Shown: one piece after another, positions 47,439 through 57,925 of the stretch
Numbering within the stretch: position 1 is the stretch's first letter
Layout: every line of letters starts with the position of its first letter
NCBI GenBank assembly: GCA_048940645.1
Contig: JBHLOI010000010.1
Coordinates: forward strand, 22,699-86,698
From: Promethearchaeota archaeon
Lineage (GTDB): Archaea; Asgardarchaeota; Lokiarchaeia; Sigyniarchaeales; SOKP01
Direction of reading: 5' to 3'
Length of the DNA stretch: 64,000 bases
The notes under the pieces: generated by a model
What the model saw: only the letters and a program-made list of their open reading frames with translations
Told to the model about the DNA's origin: nothing
The model's database searches: none
Program-made: the position numbers and the translations under genes

Positions 47439-47939
47439 TTAATGGCATAAAATATTATTATAACATTTAAGAATAAATGGCTTAAAGTTTTCATATAATT
47501 TATCAACAATAGTAGTATGAATATTAATCAATCGTTCAGTATTATCACAATAAAATATACCATGAATGCTTTTTTCATTATAATATCTTTTTCTGATCAT
47601 TTTTGAGCGTCGTCCATACCAAAAAGTAAAATTATGACTCATAACGTACGTATTCTCTTTTGAAATAATAACTAATCCAATTGTATTGTATGTATCAATA
47701 GATTTTTGAATTTCTTTTGCATAAAAAAAACTTGAGTGATCTTTTTTTTCCCAAAAAATCTCCATTTTGGCATCAGCACCCCAAATATCATCATAGTTAT
47801 TTTGAGAATGAAGTAAAATAGTTCCTTCATTATAATCTCCTATAAACTTAACTTCTCTGAACCAAATAGGCATCTTGTTTATAGTCAATTTACATTCAGG
47901 TTTATCATAAATATAATAATTGTATTCCACGCTTAACAC
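47439..47939 (-). CDS. Hypothetical protein
   Basis: 166-aa ORF. Confidence 0.65.
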   Translation of the reverse strand: MLSVEYNYYIYDKPECKLTINKMPIWFREVKFIGDYNEGTILLHSQNNYDDIWGADAKMEIFWEKKDHSSFFYAKEIQKSIDTYNTIGLVIISKENTYVMSHNFTFWYGRRSKMIRKRYYNEKSIHGIFYCDNTERLINIHTTIVDKLYENFKPFILKCYNNILCH

Positions 47940-48077
47940 TAAGTTTTATATAATTAAGAAAAAACTTATTTTTCTAATATATTAAAACTTTAAAAATCTT
48001 TATAAAAATGAAAATTAAGATTAAAGAAATTATTCAAAATAAATTGAATAAATTAATTAAAGAGTTTGATGGCTTTA

Positions 48078-48686
48078 TTATTTGATTAGCTCTTTTCCTT
48101 CTTCAATCCACTTTAGGAATCTCTCTTCTGAAGCTCCTTTAACCAGCGCTGCAAGTTCTTTAGGATCTTCTTTTATTAAATCTTCAACTGTATTGACTCC
48201 TAATTCTTGAAGTTTTGTCTCTGTTGCTGGTCCTAGCCCACTTAATGAAGTTAATGGCATACCTCCTAGTTCAACAGTTTCTTTCTTAACTTTTTTAGGT
48301 TCAACTTTTATTTTTTCTTTTTTAATAGGTTTTGGTTTCTTTTTAGCCGGTGGTTTTTTAACAGCTACCCGTTTTTTAATTGTTTTTTTAACGACTTTTT
48401 CTTTTTTCGGTTTAAAAGGTGTACGTTTCTTTTCCTTAAACACATAGGGTTTCTTTTTTTGACCTTTTTTTTTTTCAATTTTTAACTTTTTTAACTTTTC
48501 TACATTATCCTTATGAATAGATTTCCTAAAATAATCAACAGGAATATTTAACTCATGCAATGATTGTATTGTTTTACCAGCCTCTTTAATTTCAGTTAAT
48601 GAGAATCCTGTTCCTTTCCGTATATGATGGTCTCTAGTGGGTGATTTAATTGTTGGGTGAAATTTTTCGTTAATTTCCGTTTCCAT
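48078..48686 (-). CDS. rpl13e: Ribosomal protein eL13 fused to a Lys-rich linker and a helix-hairpin-helix domain
   Basis: RKGTGFSLTEIKEAG, IPVDYFRKS..NVEKLK; C-terminal LSGLGPATETKLQELGVNTVEDL. Confidence 0.85.
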   Translation of the reverse strand: METEINEKFHPTIKSPTRDHHIRKGTGFSLTEIKEAGKTIQSLHELNIPVDYFRKSIHKDNVEKLKKLKIEKKKGQKKKPYVFKEKKRTPFKPKKEKVVKKTIKKRVAVKKPPAKKKPKPIKKEKIKVEPKKVKKETVELGGMPLTSLSGLGPATETKLQELGVNTVEDLIKEDPKELAALVKGASEERFLKWIEEGKELIK

Positions 48687-48813
48687 AATTCAAACACTTA
48701 ATTTAGCAGTAATAATTGTATTAAGGATAAATATCGAAAGTTTTTATTTTTTTCTATTTAACATAGAAATTGTAATATTTACGATGGTTTGAATAAAATG
48801 TTTAATACAAACC

Positions 48814-49455
48814 CTATATTTTAATAATGTCTAATTCTTCTAATTTTTTCAAGACTTCATTAATTTCATTTCTTGTTTTATTAAAAAATCTAGCAATCTT
48901 TAGGGGTGAATTATCTCCAGTGCATTTTATAGCTATTTTAAAGTCAAATTCATTAATCATCCCCATAGATAGAATTTTTTCCAATACATTTCTAACAATC
49001 AATAAGTTTGGGAAAGTTTCTGCAATTTTTCCCCCATGTGTCAAATTTTGAATATCCGTCTCAATAGTTTGAAATCTACTTTTTTCGGTTGTTGTTCGAA
49101 ATGTTTTAATATCTGATTGATGTTTTTTCCAAAATCTATTCGAGATTTTATGTATTACTTCGGTTAATTTATCCGTGTTATCATCAGCATCAGAAATGGA
49201 ACAAAAAAGAATTCTAGACGCAGGATGATAATAAATTACTATCGTGGAATTTTCAGATTCTAGGATTCTTATCATTTCATCACTTCTCTTCCCTTTAGCC
49301 ATAGCTTCTTGAATATTATCAATAATTTGATTTAGCTCTTTGAAAAATCCAGGTATTACATTATTTCCGATTTTACCTTTCTGAAATTCCTTAAAAGTTA
49401 TTTCTAGTATTGAAATCCCATTATCCCCATCGATTAGATAGATTTTGTATATCAA
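48814..49455 (-). CDS. Longin-like domain plus C-terminal wHTH protein
   Basis: IYLIDGDNGISILE...GFF longin-like start; SPLKIARFFNKTRNEINEVLKKLEELDII HTH. Confidence 0.7.
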   Translation of the reverse strand: MIYKIYLIDGDNGISILEITFKEFQKGKIGNNVIPGFFKELNQIIDNIQEAMAKGKRSDEMIRILESENSTIVIYYHPASRILFCSISDADDNTDKLTEVIHKISNRFWKKHQSDIKTFRTTTEKSRFQTIETDIQNLTHGGKIAETFPNLLIVRNVLEKILSMGMINEFDFKIAIKCTGDNSPLKIARFFNKTRNEINEVLKKLEELDIIKI

Positions 49456-49574
49456 GATTTATAGAAAGTAATTTATTTTTATTACCAAAATAATAAAATT
49501 ATCTTCTTAAGAATCTTTACTTTCCTTTTTCTTAATTATCAAAAATAAGAAGTGAGAGGGGTATAAATTAAATT

Positions 49575-50993
49575 TTAGATATAAGTTTGGATTAATTCTT
49601 TTACATTTTTAGAAAATTTTGGTAATTGCTTTTCTATCTTTTCAATTCCTTCATATTTCTCCATAAAAAGAAGTAAATATAAATTATGTTTATCTACATT
49701 AATTTTTTTAAAAATAATCTTTCTTTCTTCATCAGTTATTCCTGAAGAAACTATAAAGTCTTGTTTTAACAATTTAAATTCTTTAAATGTTTTATAGAGA
49801 GTTTGGAAGTGAGGTGCGGATATTTCAAAAACCTTTTCAGATATTTTTGATTTCTCATTTGAGTAGTTTGATAAAATAATTCCGTTATCATTTAGTAGTA
49901 ATAATGCATCTGATTTTGTCTTATTTGCCAAGAATTTTAATTGGTTTTCAAATAATTCACGATTTGGGCTAAGTTGTGAGAGCCCATAAGAATAAGCTGA
50001 AATTAAAGACCAGTGATCAAAGACTGAAGTATGAAATATTTTAAAAAAGAAATCATATGAGCACTTAATTATTTCTATTTCAAGGATTTTTATATTCTGC
50101 TTAATCTGTTTAGATTTTTTCAAATCTGGGTCAAATTTATTTACACATATCACTATTGGTGGAAATTCATCTAAATCCCTTAATGAGTCTAAGATTTTTT
50201 TAAATAAATCAATAGCTTCTTTAATTCTTTTTATATCTTGTATATCTATAAAATAAAATAATAGATCTACGTTATATAGATATATTTTACCTTGTTCAAG
50301 AAATTTTTCTCGATATTTTTGCTGTCCACCTAAATCCCAGATTGATATTTGAGAGTTTTGCTCTTCAAACAATTTTTCTTCGGTTCTAACAACACCTTTA
50401 GTAGGTAGAACTTTTATAATTTCAGAATAGCGCTTCTTGATTCCATACAAAAAGCTTGTTTTACCAGCTCTATCCAATCCAACAAAAAGGATTTTTAATT
50501 GTCGTTTTATTGATAAAGGATCTTTTAATTCATTAGTAAATTCAAATAATCCTTTTCTTAAATCTTCCATAATTTCTTTATTCTCATCGAAACTTTTTGA
50601 AGTTTGAACTCTCGAAGCTGCTTTGTCTATAATTATTCTAAGGTATTTCATATTTTCATAAAAAAAGACCCTGTTATTCTCTTCAATTAAAACTGTAATG
50701 GTTGCTGCTGTTGCATTTCCACGTGCTTTTAAATCAGGGATTAAAAAGAAATATGTTAATCCATTCATTTTTAAATCAGGAAAAGGTAATATACCAAAAT
50801 AATTAACTCCATCAATGTCAGTTCCATTTTGATATACTGCATCTCCCATTAAAAGGCTTATTGTTTTCATTGCTATCAATAAGCGAGCCGATTCTTCTAT
50901 ATCTTGGGGCCAGTATATTTTAGGTGTAGGTCCATCTTCGTCAAATAAACTTAAAATTACTGATTTTATAATCTGTTTTTCTGTACCACTCAT
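49575..50993 (-). CDS. uDENN/longin-like domain + Rag/Arf-like small GTPase + roadblock-like domain fusion
   Basis: FDEDGP N-domain; GLDRAGKT, PT, WDLGGQ, NKFD, TSVFD; C-terminal ALLLLNDNGIILS. Confidence 0.85.
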   Translation of the reverse strand: MSGTEKQIIKSVILSLFDEDGPTPKIYWPQDIEESARLLIAMKTISLLMGDAVYQNGTDIDGVNYFGILPFPDLKMNGLTYFFLIPDLKARGNATAATITVLIEENNRVFFYENMKYLRIIIDKAASRVQTSKSFDENKEIMEDLRKGLFEFTNELKDPLSIKRQLKILFVGLDRAGKTSFLYGIKKRYSEIIKVLPTKGVVRTEEKLFEEQNSQISIWDLGGQQKYREKFLEQGKIYLYNVDLLFYFIDIQDIKRIKEAIDLFKKILDSLRDLDEFPPIVICVNKFDPDLKKSKQIKQNIKILEIEIIKCSYDFFFKIFHTSVFDHWSLISAYSYGLSQLSPNRELFENQLKFLANKTKSDALLLLNDNGIILSNYSNEKSKISEKVFEISAPHFQTLYKTFKEFKLLKQDFIVSSGITDEERKIIFKKINVDKHNLYLLLFMEKYEGIEKIEKQLPKFSKNVKELIQTYI

Positions 50994-51201
50994 AATTTAA
51001 TGGGCATTGTTAAATTTTAATTAGTGAAAATGAGAGCCTGAAATGTATATAATAATTTTCTCTTAAGAAACACCAATATATTTTATTTTTTTATTCAAAT
51101 GTTTTTGATTTAAAACAATATAATATGTTAATATATCAAAAATAGTTCTATTATTTAATTTTTTATTTTAATTCCAATATAAAAAATAAAACTGGAAGCA
51201 A

Positions 51202-53031
51202 TTAAGGAATAAATTTAAGACATCCAATTTGAGTTTTTTCACTTGTATATTTTAGAAAATTTTGGAAAGCTTGAACATCTTGAAATTCGCTCTTGTTTTT
51301 ACTAATAGAAATTTGTTCAATAACTCCATTTTGAATTAAATATTGAAATCTTCCCTGTTTAACTATTTGTTCTCTTAAGTTTAAGTTATTGTTCTTATTG
51401 AAATGAGCAGAATTATTATAATATAATTTTTCACCACTTTTATAACGCCTTATAATTTTGGGATTAATTTTCATAGGAAAATGCTTATGGTCTAATCTAG
51501 CGAATCTAAACATTAGTCCATTTGAAGTGTTTTCAACTAGCGAGTAGTTTCTATTAAATTGATTAGATTTCTCATTGCATATTTTATTGAGTTCTAGCAA
51601 TATTTTTTTGCCAAGGGAAAAAGCGTCATCATTCTCGTGAAGTTCATAATTAGTTAAAAATTGAACTGCTTCATTTAATCCAATAAACCCTAAACATAAA
51701 TCTTGCCTGTTCAAATCATATAAAGGATTCCCATTAATACTCCCACTACATAGTGGCAAATAATTTGTTGTCAATCGTTTTTGTATAATATCATATTTTT
51801 TATTCAGAATTTCTATAGATAAATCTATATAACGCCTTAATGTTTCCAAGAAAGAATCTTCATCTTTGCTCAAATAGGCATATCTAGGAAGATTCAATGA
51901 TATTTTTTGAAGAATTCCGTGATTTAAATATGAATCTGAAATGTTTCTAATAATTTTATCTTTTATCCATTTACTTGATAAATTTATAAGATAGGGAGTG
52001 TATGTTTTATTGATTTCCTCATAAAGCTTTAAGTAAGAGTCTTTAACTTGATATGAGTGATTCAAATCAAAATATACTAAATGTTTCGGTATAAGAAACG
52101 GACTTTTATTATAATCTCCCCCAATAAAAATATCGATAATAGCATTAAATATTTTTAGACTCTCTTCCTCAAAATCTCCATAAACTCCCTTTTTGTTTCC
52201 CACTGAATCAAAATAATCAAGATTCATTAAACCTTCTATAATCATTGGAAAACAAGCAATAGAAGATTTTAAAATGCCTTTACCAGAAATCAAAGAAAAA
52301 TGGTTAATCTCATTAATGAATCTTCTTAATTCGGTTTTAATCTCTTGGTATGATAAATGAGTGGCGTATGGAGCTAAAAATATCGTAAAAAAATCATAGC
52401 CTTGATTTCCACAGAATTCACTTTGAATAATTCCCAACCAGTTAGCTAATTGAATACAGGCGTCTGTTAGGTTTTTTGGAGGCTGTGTTTTACTTGAAAA
52501 ATTCCAATTCTTCAATGGAGGAAGGCCATAATGCAAAATTAATCTTGGATCCCATAATTGGCTATAAGGTCTTAAATCAAAATATTTTAATTGGTGGATA
52601 TAAATATCTCCATGTAAATGTGCTTTAGATTCTTCATCATTAAGAATTCTTAAAAGAGTGTATTCCTCAGCTAATTGATTTGCAGCTTTGTGGTGTATTT
52701 TTTCAGGATTTATTATTTGATACTTCTCACTCTTAAATCCTTTTTCAAGTAATTCTTCATAATCCATTAATGGCATACCAATTCTAGTATATAGTTTGCG
52801 TTCTTCTTCAAAATGCTGTTCTGATAAAATAGAACAGACAATCTCCCGAATATGAGGTCCAGAGAGAAATTTTATTCCTGAACTAATAATTCTCCGTACA
52901 ACAAGTTCTGTAATCTCTTTAGCATCATCCACCTTCATATGTGTTTCGCTGATTATACTATTAAATATTTTACTTGGATCAAAATCAACCATATCCCCCT
53001 CAGTACGGAACACTTTAGGTAATAAGTCCAT
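51202..53031 (-). CDS. nrdD: ATP-cone / class III ribonucleotide reductase (NrdD)-like protein, apparently degenerate
   Basis: ATP cone (FDPSKI..IREIVC), TRIGMP, AHLHGDIYIH, SLNLPR, GFIGLNE, RFARLD, YYNNSAH; no C-terminal Zn ribbon or RxxGY. Confidence 0.75.
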   Translation of the reverse strand: MDLLPKVFRTEGDMVDFDPSKIFNSIISETHMKVDDAKEITELVVRRIISSGIKFLSGPHIREIVCSILSEQHFEEERKLYTRIGMPLMDYEELLEKGFKSEKYQIINPEKIHHKAANQLAEEYTLLRILNDEESKAHLHGDIYIHQLKYFDLRPYSQLWDPRLILHYGLPPLKNWNFSSKTQPPKNLTDACIQLANWLGIIQSEFCGNQGYDFFTIFLAPYATHLSYQEIKTELRRFINEINHFSLISGKGILKSSIACFPMIIEGLMNLDYFDSVGNKKGVYGDFEEESLKIFNAIIDIFIGGDYNKSPFLIPKHLVYFDLNHSYQVKDSYLKLYEEINKTYTPYLINLSSKWIKDKIIRNISDSYLNHGILQKISLNLPRYAYLSKDEDSFLETLRRYIDLSIEILNKKYDIIQKRLTTNYLPLCSGSINGNPLYDLNRQDLCLGFIGLNEAVQFLTNYELHENDDAFSLGKKILLELNKICNEKSNQFNRNYSLVENTSNGLMFRFARLDHKHFPMKINPKIIRRYKSGEKLYYNNSAHFNKNNNLNLREQIVKQGRFQYLIQNGVIEQISISKNKSEFQDVQAFQNFLKYTSEKTQIGCLKFIP

Positions 53032-53172
53032 AAAAATTCTTAAAGAATGTATTTTTTCAATTTATATATTAAATAGATTTAAAAAACTATTTTATTAACA
53101 TATTAAAATCAAAGTTAAATATTATCGATATTCATAAAAAAAACATTATTGAATTAAATAAGAAGAAAAACC

Positions 53173-53919
53173 TTATTTATATTCATTTAATTTTTGTTCA
53201 ATTTGATTTAATACATATTCCTTTTGGGTTGCAAACTGATCTTTAGACTGCTGTTTTACTTTTACTGGGGTTATTGTTATTTTCAAAGAGATGGGTTTTT
53301 TTTCGGTTTCTAATTCAAGAGTATAGGAAATCGAATTTTTTCCTCTCTTTATATTTATCGCTTTATAAATTGGAAAATAATAGCCCCACTCACCAAGATT
53401 CCATTCCGCTAAATCTTTACGAAATGCTTGTGTAATAGCTCTCCGTACAGCCATCCGATGTGATGTTATTCCTGACCTAACTAATGTACTAATCAAACCT
53501 GAGTATCCAACTGATTTTTGTGCTGATCTTACCACTTGATTGCCACATGCAAGTAATCGATAGTTAGTCAAATAAATACGTCCTGAAGTTGTAGTTTTTT
53601 TATCAACTATTCTACCGTAAAATATGGCTATGATATCTTCACCTTCTATTAAGCAATTAGCTTTTTTAAAAATAATTTTATCCATTTTAACTAAATCAGA
53701 GAATGCCCATTTCCTGATCAAACCTTGAAGTCGCGGCATTATTACATTCATTAAATATGTTGGATCTTTTATAGTCAATTCACCAATAATATCAGATTTT
53801 TCTTGGAGAGAGAATTGACGATTTTTTAAAAATCTAGCTAAAGTTCTCGTTAATTTCGCACTCTTATGATTATTAAGACAAAATATTATTTCATTTTTAA
53901 TTTCAGTTAGTCCACTCAA
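53173..53919 (-). CDS. Hypothetical protein with PH/GRAM-like domain
   Basis: LIEGEDII...GRIYLTNYRLL pattern. Confidence 0.6.
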   Translation of the reverse strand: MSGLTEIKNEIIFCLNNHKSAKLTRTLARFLKNRQFSLQEKSDIIGELTIKDPTYLMNVIMPRLQGLIRKWAFSDLVKMDKIIFKKANCLIEGEDIIAIFYGRIVDKKTTTSGRIYLTNYRLLACGNQVVRSAQKSVGYSGLISTLVRSGITSHRMAVRRAITQAFRKDLAEWNLGEWGYYFPIYKAINIKRGKNSISYTLELETEKKPISLKITITPVKVKQQSKDQFATQKEYVLNQIEQKLNEYK

Positions 53920-54021
53920 CTTTTTTCACTTAATTTGTATGATTTTATACCAATTTAAAACTTTTATTTAATTTTGTCTTATGAGAGACTTTGCATCAAA
54001 GTATTTATATTTTATCTTCAA

Positions 54022-54465
54022 TTAATTAAAAAGAAATAGTAATAAATACCAAAAACCCATCAAGTTCAATCCTCCTAAGATCAAACCTCCCAATGCTCTA
54101 TAATTAATTTCTCTTTTAAAAACTACAATCCCGCCAAATACCATTGCTAATATTGCAAAAATTATTTCAAGGATTATTCCAGCTAATCGATCTAGGAATA
54201 CCACAAAAATAAATCCACTGACCAAGCTAAGTATTCCAAAAGTGAGAGCTAAATTACCAAAAATTACTTTTTGGGCAAACTTATCATCTCGCCGAAAATA
54301 CTTGGGATATTCTTGTTTGTTAGGATGTCTAAAACGTGCTTGAAAAGGGTTCTTAGGTTGAGTTTTTTGATTGGTTGATTCATAAATTTTATTCCCACAA
54401 TCTGGGCATATACTCCATCCTTCCTCTATTTCAATTCCACAATATGTACAAAATTTTGTCTTCAT
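54022..54465 (-). CDS. Zinc-ribbon plus membrane (DUF4190-like) protein
   Basis: FCTYCG..ICPDCG; ALTFGILS...AILAMVFG...ALGGLILG. Confidence 0.75.
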   Translation of the reverse strand: MKTKFCTYCGIEIEEGWSICPDCGNKIYESTNQKTQPKNPFQARFRHPNKQEYPKYFRRDDKFAQKVIFGNLALTFGILSLVSGFIFVVFLDRLAGIILEIIFAILAMVFGGIVVFKREINYRALGGLILGGLNLMGFWYLLLFLFN

Positions 54466-54571
54466 AATGCAAATTATTAATTTTATTAATATAAATATTT
54501 CATTAAGATGAATTAATCATTATTTCATTACACTCTTCTCATTATTTTTATATATTATTAAAGATCTGCCT

Positions 54572-55369
54572 ATGGTTAAAAAAATTGTAAAATCCTTTTT
54601 GATTAAGTTTTTCTTCGAATTGTACCACATTTTAATTGATTCAGAAAAAGAAGCTATAGAAATTTGGTGCGAAGTATATGAAATTAAGTCTCTGAAAGGA
54701 TTGGATGAAGTTGAACTGCAATATATTCTAAACAATTTCGATTTTATTTCAATTAAAAAAGGTCCCTATAATAACTATTATGCTATTAATAAAATCCTAT
54801 TCATTATTGAAGCAATTAATATTTTAAAACTAGACATTAAGAACTTATCTAATTTAATAGATTATAATGGTTTTGAATATTTAATCCAAGAAATTCTCAT
54901 GAAGAACGGTTATAAAACTATAAAGAACTATCGGTTTTCAGACAAGTCATACTTTAGGAAAAAAACTAATCAATCTAAGTATGAAATTGATGTTATAGGA
55001 TTAGAACAAGGTTATCTTTTACTCATCGATGCAAAACAATGGAAGAAGAGGGATGTTTATAGTATGATTAATAAAGCAGCGAATTTACAATATCAAAGAG
55101 CGCTAGTTCTTCAAAAAAATCCTGAACTCTTATCAAGTCTCGTACAATCTCTAATAGGGAAAAATGGCAATTTGAAAATAAGAATGCCAATAATTATTAT
55201 TCCTTTAATTGTTACATTCGAAGAAAATTGGATTAAAATTAGTGAAAATTTTGTGCCTTTAGTATCTATTTATCGATTTAATTCTTTTTTACAAGAATTA
55301 AGAAATAATTTATCATATTTTAAAACTCTTAAAATTAGTAAAATATCATTTCAACAGCAGATTTTTTAG
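54572..55369 (+). CDS. PD-(D/E)xK restriction-endonuclease-fold protein (Mrr/NERD-like)
   Basis: FEYLIQEIL..NGY, EIDVIG, LLIDAKQW. Confidence 0.75.
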   Translation: MVKKIVKSFLIKFFFELYHILIDSEKEAIEIWCEVYEIKSLKGLDEVELQYILNNFDFISIKKGPYNNYYAINKILFIIEAINILKLDIKNLSNLIDYNGFEYLIQEILMKNGYKTIKNYRFSDKSYFRKKTNQSKYEIDVIGLEQGYLLLIDAKQWKKRDVYSMINKAANLQYQRALVLQKNPELLSSLVQSLIGKNGNLKIRMPIIIIPLIVTFEENWIKISENFVPLVSIYRFNSFLQELRNNLSYFKTLKISKISFQQQIF

Positions 55370-55377
55370 GGATTAAT

Positions 55378-56334
55378 TTATTTTGAAAGACCTAAATATT
55401 CCTTAACTTGTTTTTTAACTATATTGGCTGCAAAATGAATTATTCCGCTCTTAACTCGCGGATGTGAAAGAATAATTAGAATCATATCACTCCCTTGAGT
55501 TGTTTTAATGTCTATGGGTGCTAGATCCAGAACTCCATTAGTGCCTCGTAATGAAATATTTAGTAGTTTTCCTGCACTTAAACTTTCAATTACATCCATT
55601 CCGATTAAAGATAGGCTTTGACCAATTGTAGCAAATAAGGAATCGGATATGCGAGAAGATATGGCTGAGGCGAGAATAGTACCATCTTTTTTGACAATTG
55701 CTGAAGCTTCGATATGGAGGTCTAGTTTTAATAAATCTTTCAAAATTTCATTCATACTCGATGGGGAAATAACCTTCTCTTTTTCTTTCTTTTTTTCCTT
55801 AGTTTTTTCAGTTGGTAATTTTTCAACGGTTATTTTTTTTGAAAGAAATTTAAGAACTTTTGTCATATCCTCCTCTAACTGTTTTTGTTTTAATAAGGTA
55901 GATTCCCGAACTTCTGTAGTTTGTTTAGAAACTTTTTTAGTCACTTTTGCAGGAGGGGTTCCGAATACTACTTTAGAAGAAATGATTGATCCTCTAAATG
56001 GTTTAGGAGTTATTTCTTTTAAAATTTCCTTTTCTTCCTCAACTGTGATATTTTCATTCTCAACTGAGTCTTGAGTAATCTCCCTATATTCATTTGATTC
56101 ATTTTCATTAAAATAAGGTTCATCAAATTCTTTTGGTATTTCTTGTAGCTCTAATAATGAAGGTTTTTCAACTTTTTTCTCTTGGATTGCCTTTTTTTTT
56201 GATTTGGGTTTTTTTTTGCCAGTTCCAATTTTCATACGTGGTGATTTATTCGAGATAGGGAGAAGAGCTCCACAGGTTCTGCAAATACGTTCTTCTGAAG
56301 AATTTGTTGTTCCACAATTAGAGCATATTATCAT
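55378..56334 (-). CDS. Zinc-ribbon, disordered linker, C-terminal roadblock/LC7 domain protein
   Basis: CSNCG..CRTCG; IEASAIVKKDGTILAS..LSAGKL.ISLRGTNG...KSGII. Confidence 0.82.
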   Translation of the reverse strand: MIICSNCGTTNSSEERICRTCGALLPISNKSPRMKIGTGKKKPKSKKKAIQEKKVEKPSLLELQEIPKEFDEPYFNENESNEYREITQDSVENENITVEEEKEILKEITPKPFRGSIISSKVVFGTPPAKVTKKVSKQTTEVRESTLLKQKQLEEDMTKVLKFLSKKITVEKLPTEKTKEKKKEKEKVISPSSMNEILKDLLKLDLHIEASAIVKKDGTILASAISSRISDSLFATIGQSLSLIGMDVIESLSAGKLLNISLRGTNGVLDLAPIDIKTTQGSDMILIILSHPRVKSGIIHFAANIVKKQVKEYLGLSK

Positions 56335-56460
56335 TTTTTTAAATTTAAAACATAAAGTAATTTTTGTATTATAATAATGAAAATCAAATTTTATTAATGT
56401 TTTTTTTTAAGAAAAAGAAAGAAATTTTTTATAAAAAGAAGTTTTGTTAATTATTTTAAC

Positions 56461-57423
56461 CTATTTATAGAGGATTTCACTTAATAAATTTGAAAAACAG
56501 TCAAAATCCTCCTTTAGGACGTTTGGATCTTGCTTAAGCATAATTAAATAGTATGGAGGAGTTCCTTCCTTTAACGCTAATTGTTTAAAAATAAAATTTT
56601 TACCAAATCTTTGTACTACCATTTTACTTTCATCATATTCTTTTCCAGGTAAAACTTGGGTAAACTGAAGGTTATCATTGAGGGCGAGAAAATATGGTGT
56701 TGAGGCGGATAAGAGGTTACGTGCCTCATCACTCTTATAATATGCTCCTAATATAAGTGAATTATCATCAAGAATAACCACTCCATCAGAGTTAACTTTT
56801 TCGGCAAATTGATTTATTGTTTTCTCTATTAAATCTGATTTTGGATATAAATTCAACAAAATCTCAGACATTGCTTTGATTATTGATGGTAAATCATAAA
56901 TAGAAGTATTATAAAAATAGATCTCCCGATAATCAACAGAATTTTTAATTTTTTCTTTTATCTCAATTTCTAATGATTTTAGTTCATTTAAAGCGTTCCG
57001 TCGTAGTGCAGGATCATATTTGTGCAGGAATACGTATATAGGAGGTGAGATTTCAAGTTTCTTAAATTGCTCAACAACATCTTTAAAATAACTTATTGCC
57101 TCGGGAATTCTAGCCTTACTTTGTATATCTATCACATATATAGCAATCTCAGTGCCATCAAAATATTTTCCTGGGTTTTTTAAATAGGCAATTCGATAAG
57201 AAACTTGACCTCCCAAATCCCATTCCGCTATATCTCTCCCTAGAAATTCAAATATTCTTCTTTGTGCACCACGAGTTGGCTTAAGCAAAGCTATTTTAGA
57301 AAATTCGCGCTGTAATCCCAAAATGATGGTGGTCTTACCCGCTGCGTCAAGTCCTGTGAATAAAATCTTAGAAGGTTCAGCAGGTCTTTCTTCTTTTTTC
57401 TTGGTTAAATATTGGATTGACAA
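56461..57423 (-). CDS. Rag-like small GTPase with C-terminal roadblock-like domain
   Basis: GLDAAGKT, KPT, WDLGGQ, HKYD, TSIYD; C-terminal GVVILDDNSLILG. Confidence 0.88.
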   Translation of the reverse strand: MSIQYLTKKKEERPAEPSKILFTGLDAAGKTTIILGLQREFSKIALLKPTRGAQRRIFEFLGRDIAEWDLGGQVSYRIAYLKNPGKYFDGTEIAIYVIDIQSKARIPEAISYFKDVVEQFKKLEISPPIYVFLHKYDPALRRNALNELKSLEIEIKEKIKNSVDYREIYFYNTSIYDLPSIIKAMSEILLNLYPKSDLIEKTINQFAEKVNSDGVVILDDNSLILGAYYKSDEARNLLSASTPYFLALNDNLQFTQVLPGKEYDESKMVVQRFGKNFIFKQLALKEGTPPYYLIMLKQDPNVLKEDFDCFSNLLSEILYK

Positions 57424-57622
57424 ATAAATTCACCTATCTAAGGTTTTGATAATTAAAACAAAATATAAATATATTCTTTTATAAAAAAATAGATTATCTT
57501 ATTGTATAAAATTCTTTCGTAAAAAATTTTTAAAATCTTGATAATCTTCCCGTATACTTAAAATAACAGGTTTAAAATCAACATTAGACGCAAGATCTTT
57601 TATTGAAGCAAAGTTCATATTT

Positions 57623-57874
57623 CTAAAATCCGATTCCAAAAAAATCTGTTATTTCAAAATAAACCTCAGTATTACTCCCATTTTCTAATTGTATTTCTAA
57701 AAGATCATAAACTTTTCCGCTTTCTTCAAGCAAACTCTGTTTTATGAGTTTGTATTTACCAAATCTTTTCTTTAATACAATATATTCATGGTCAATACCT
57801 TCAAAGTGTGAACAATCAGAAATAATTATAGCATCATTAAAAGAAGTTCCATTTCCTCCAGTAATTTTTACCAT
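57623..57874 (-). CDS. Small hypothetical protein
   Basis: 83 aa; GGNGTSFNDAIII...YD.LEI...VYFEITDFFG. Confidence 0.75.
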   Translation of the reverse strand: MVKITGGNGTSFNDAIIISDCSHFEGIDHEYIVLKKRFGKYKLIKQSLLEESGKVYDLLEIQLENGSNTEVYFEITDFFGIGF

Positions 57875-57925
57875 AATCTTCTCAACATTTCGATAAGTAA
57901 TATTATTTTTATTTACGATATATAC

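Noticed and set aside
54572-55369. Nuclease-fold gene as a restriction-modification or defence island
   Set aside because: No adjacent methylase, other defence genes or mobility genes.
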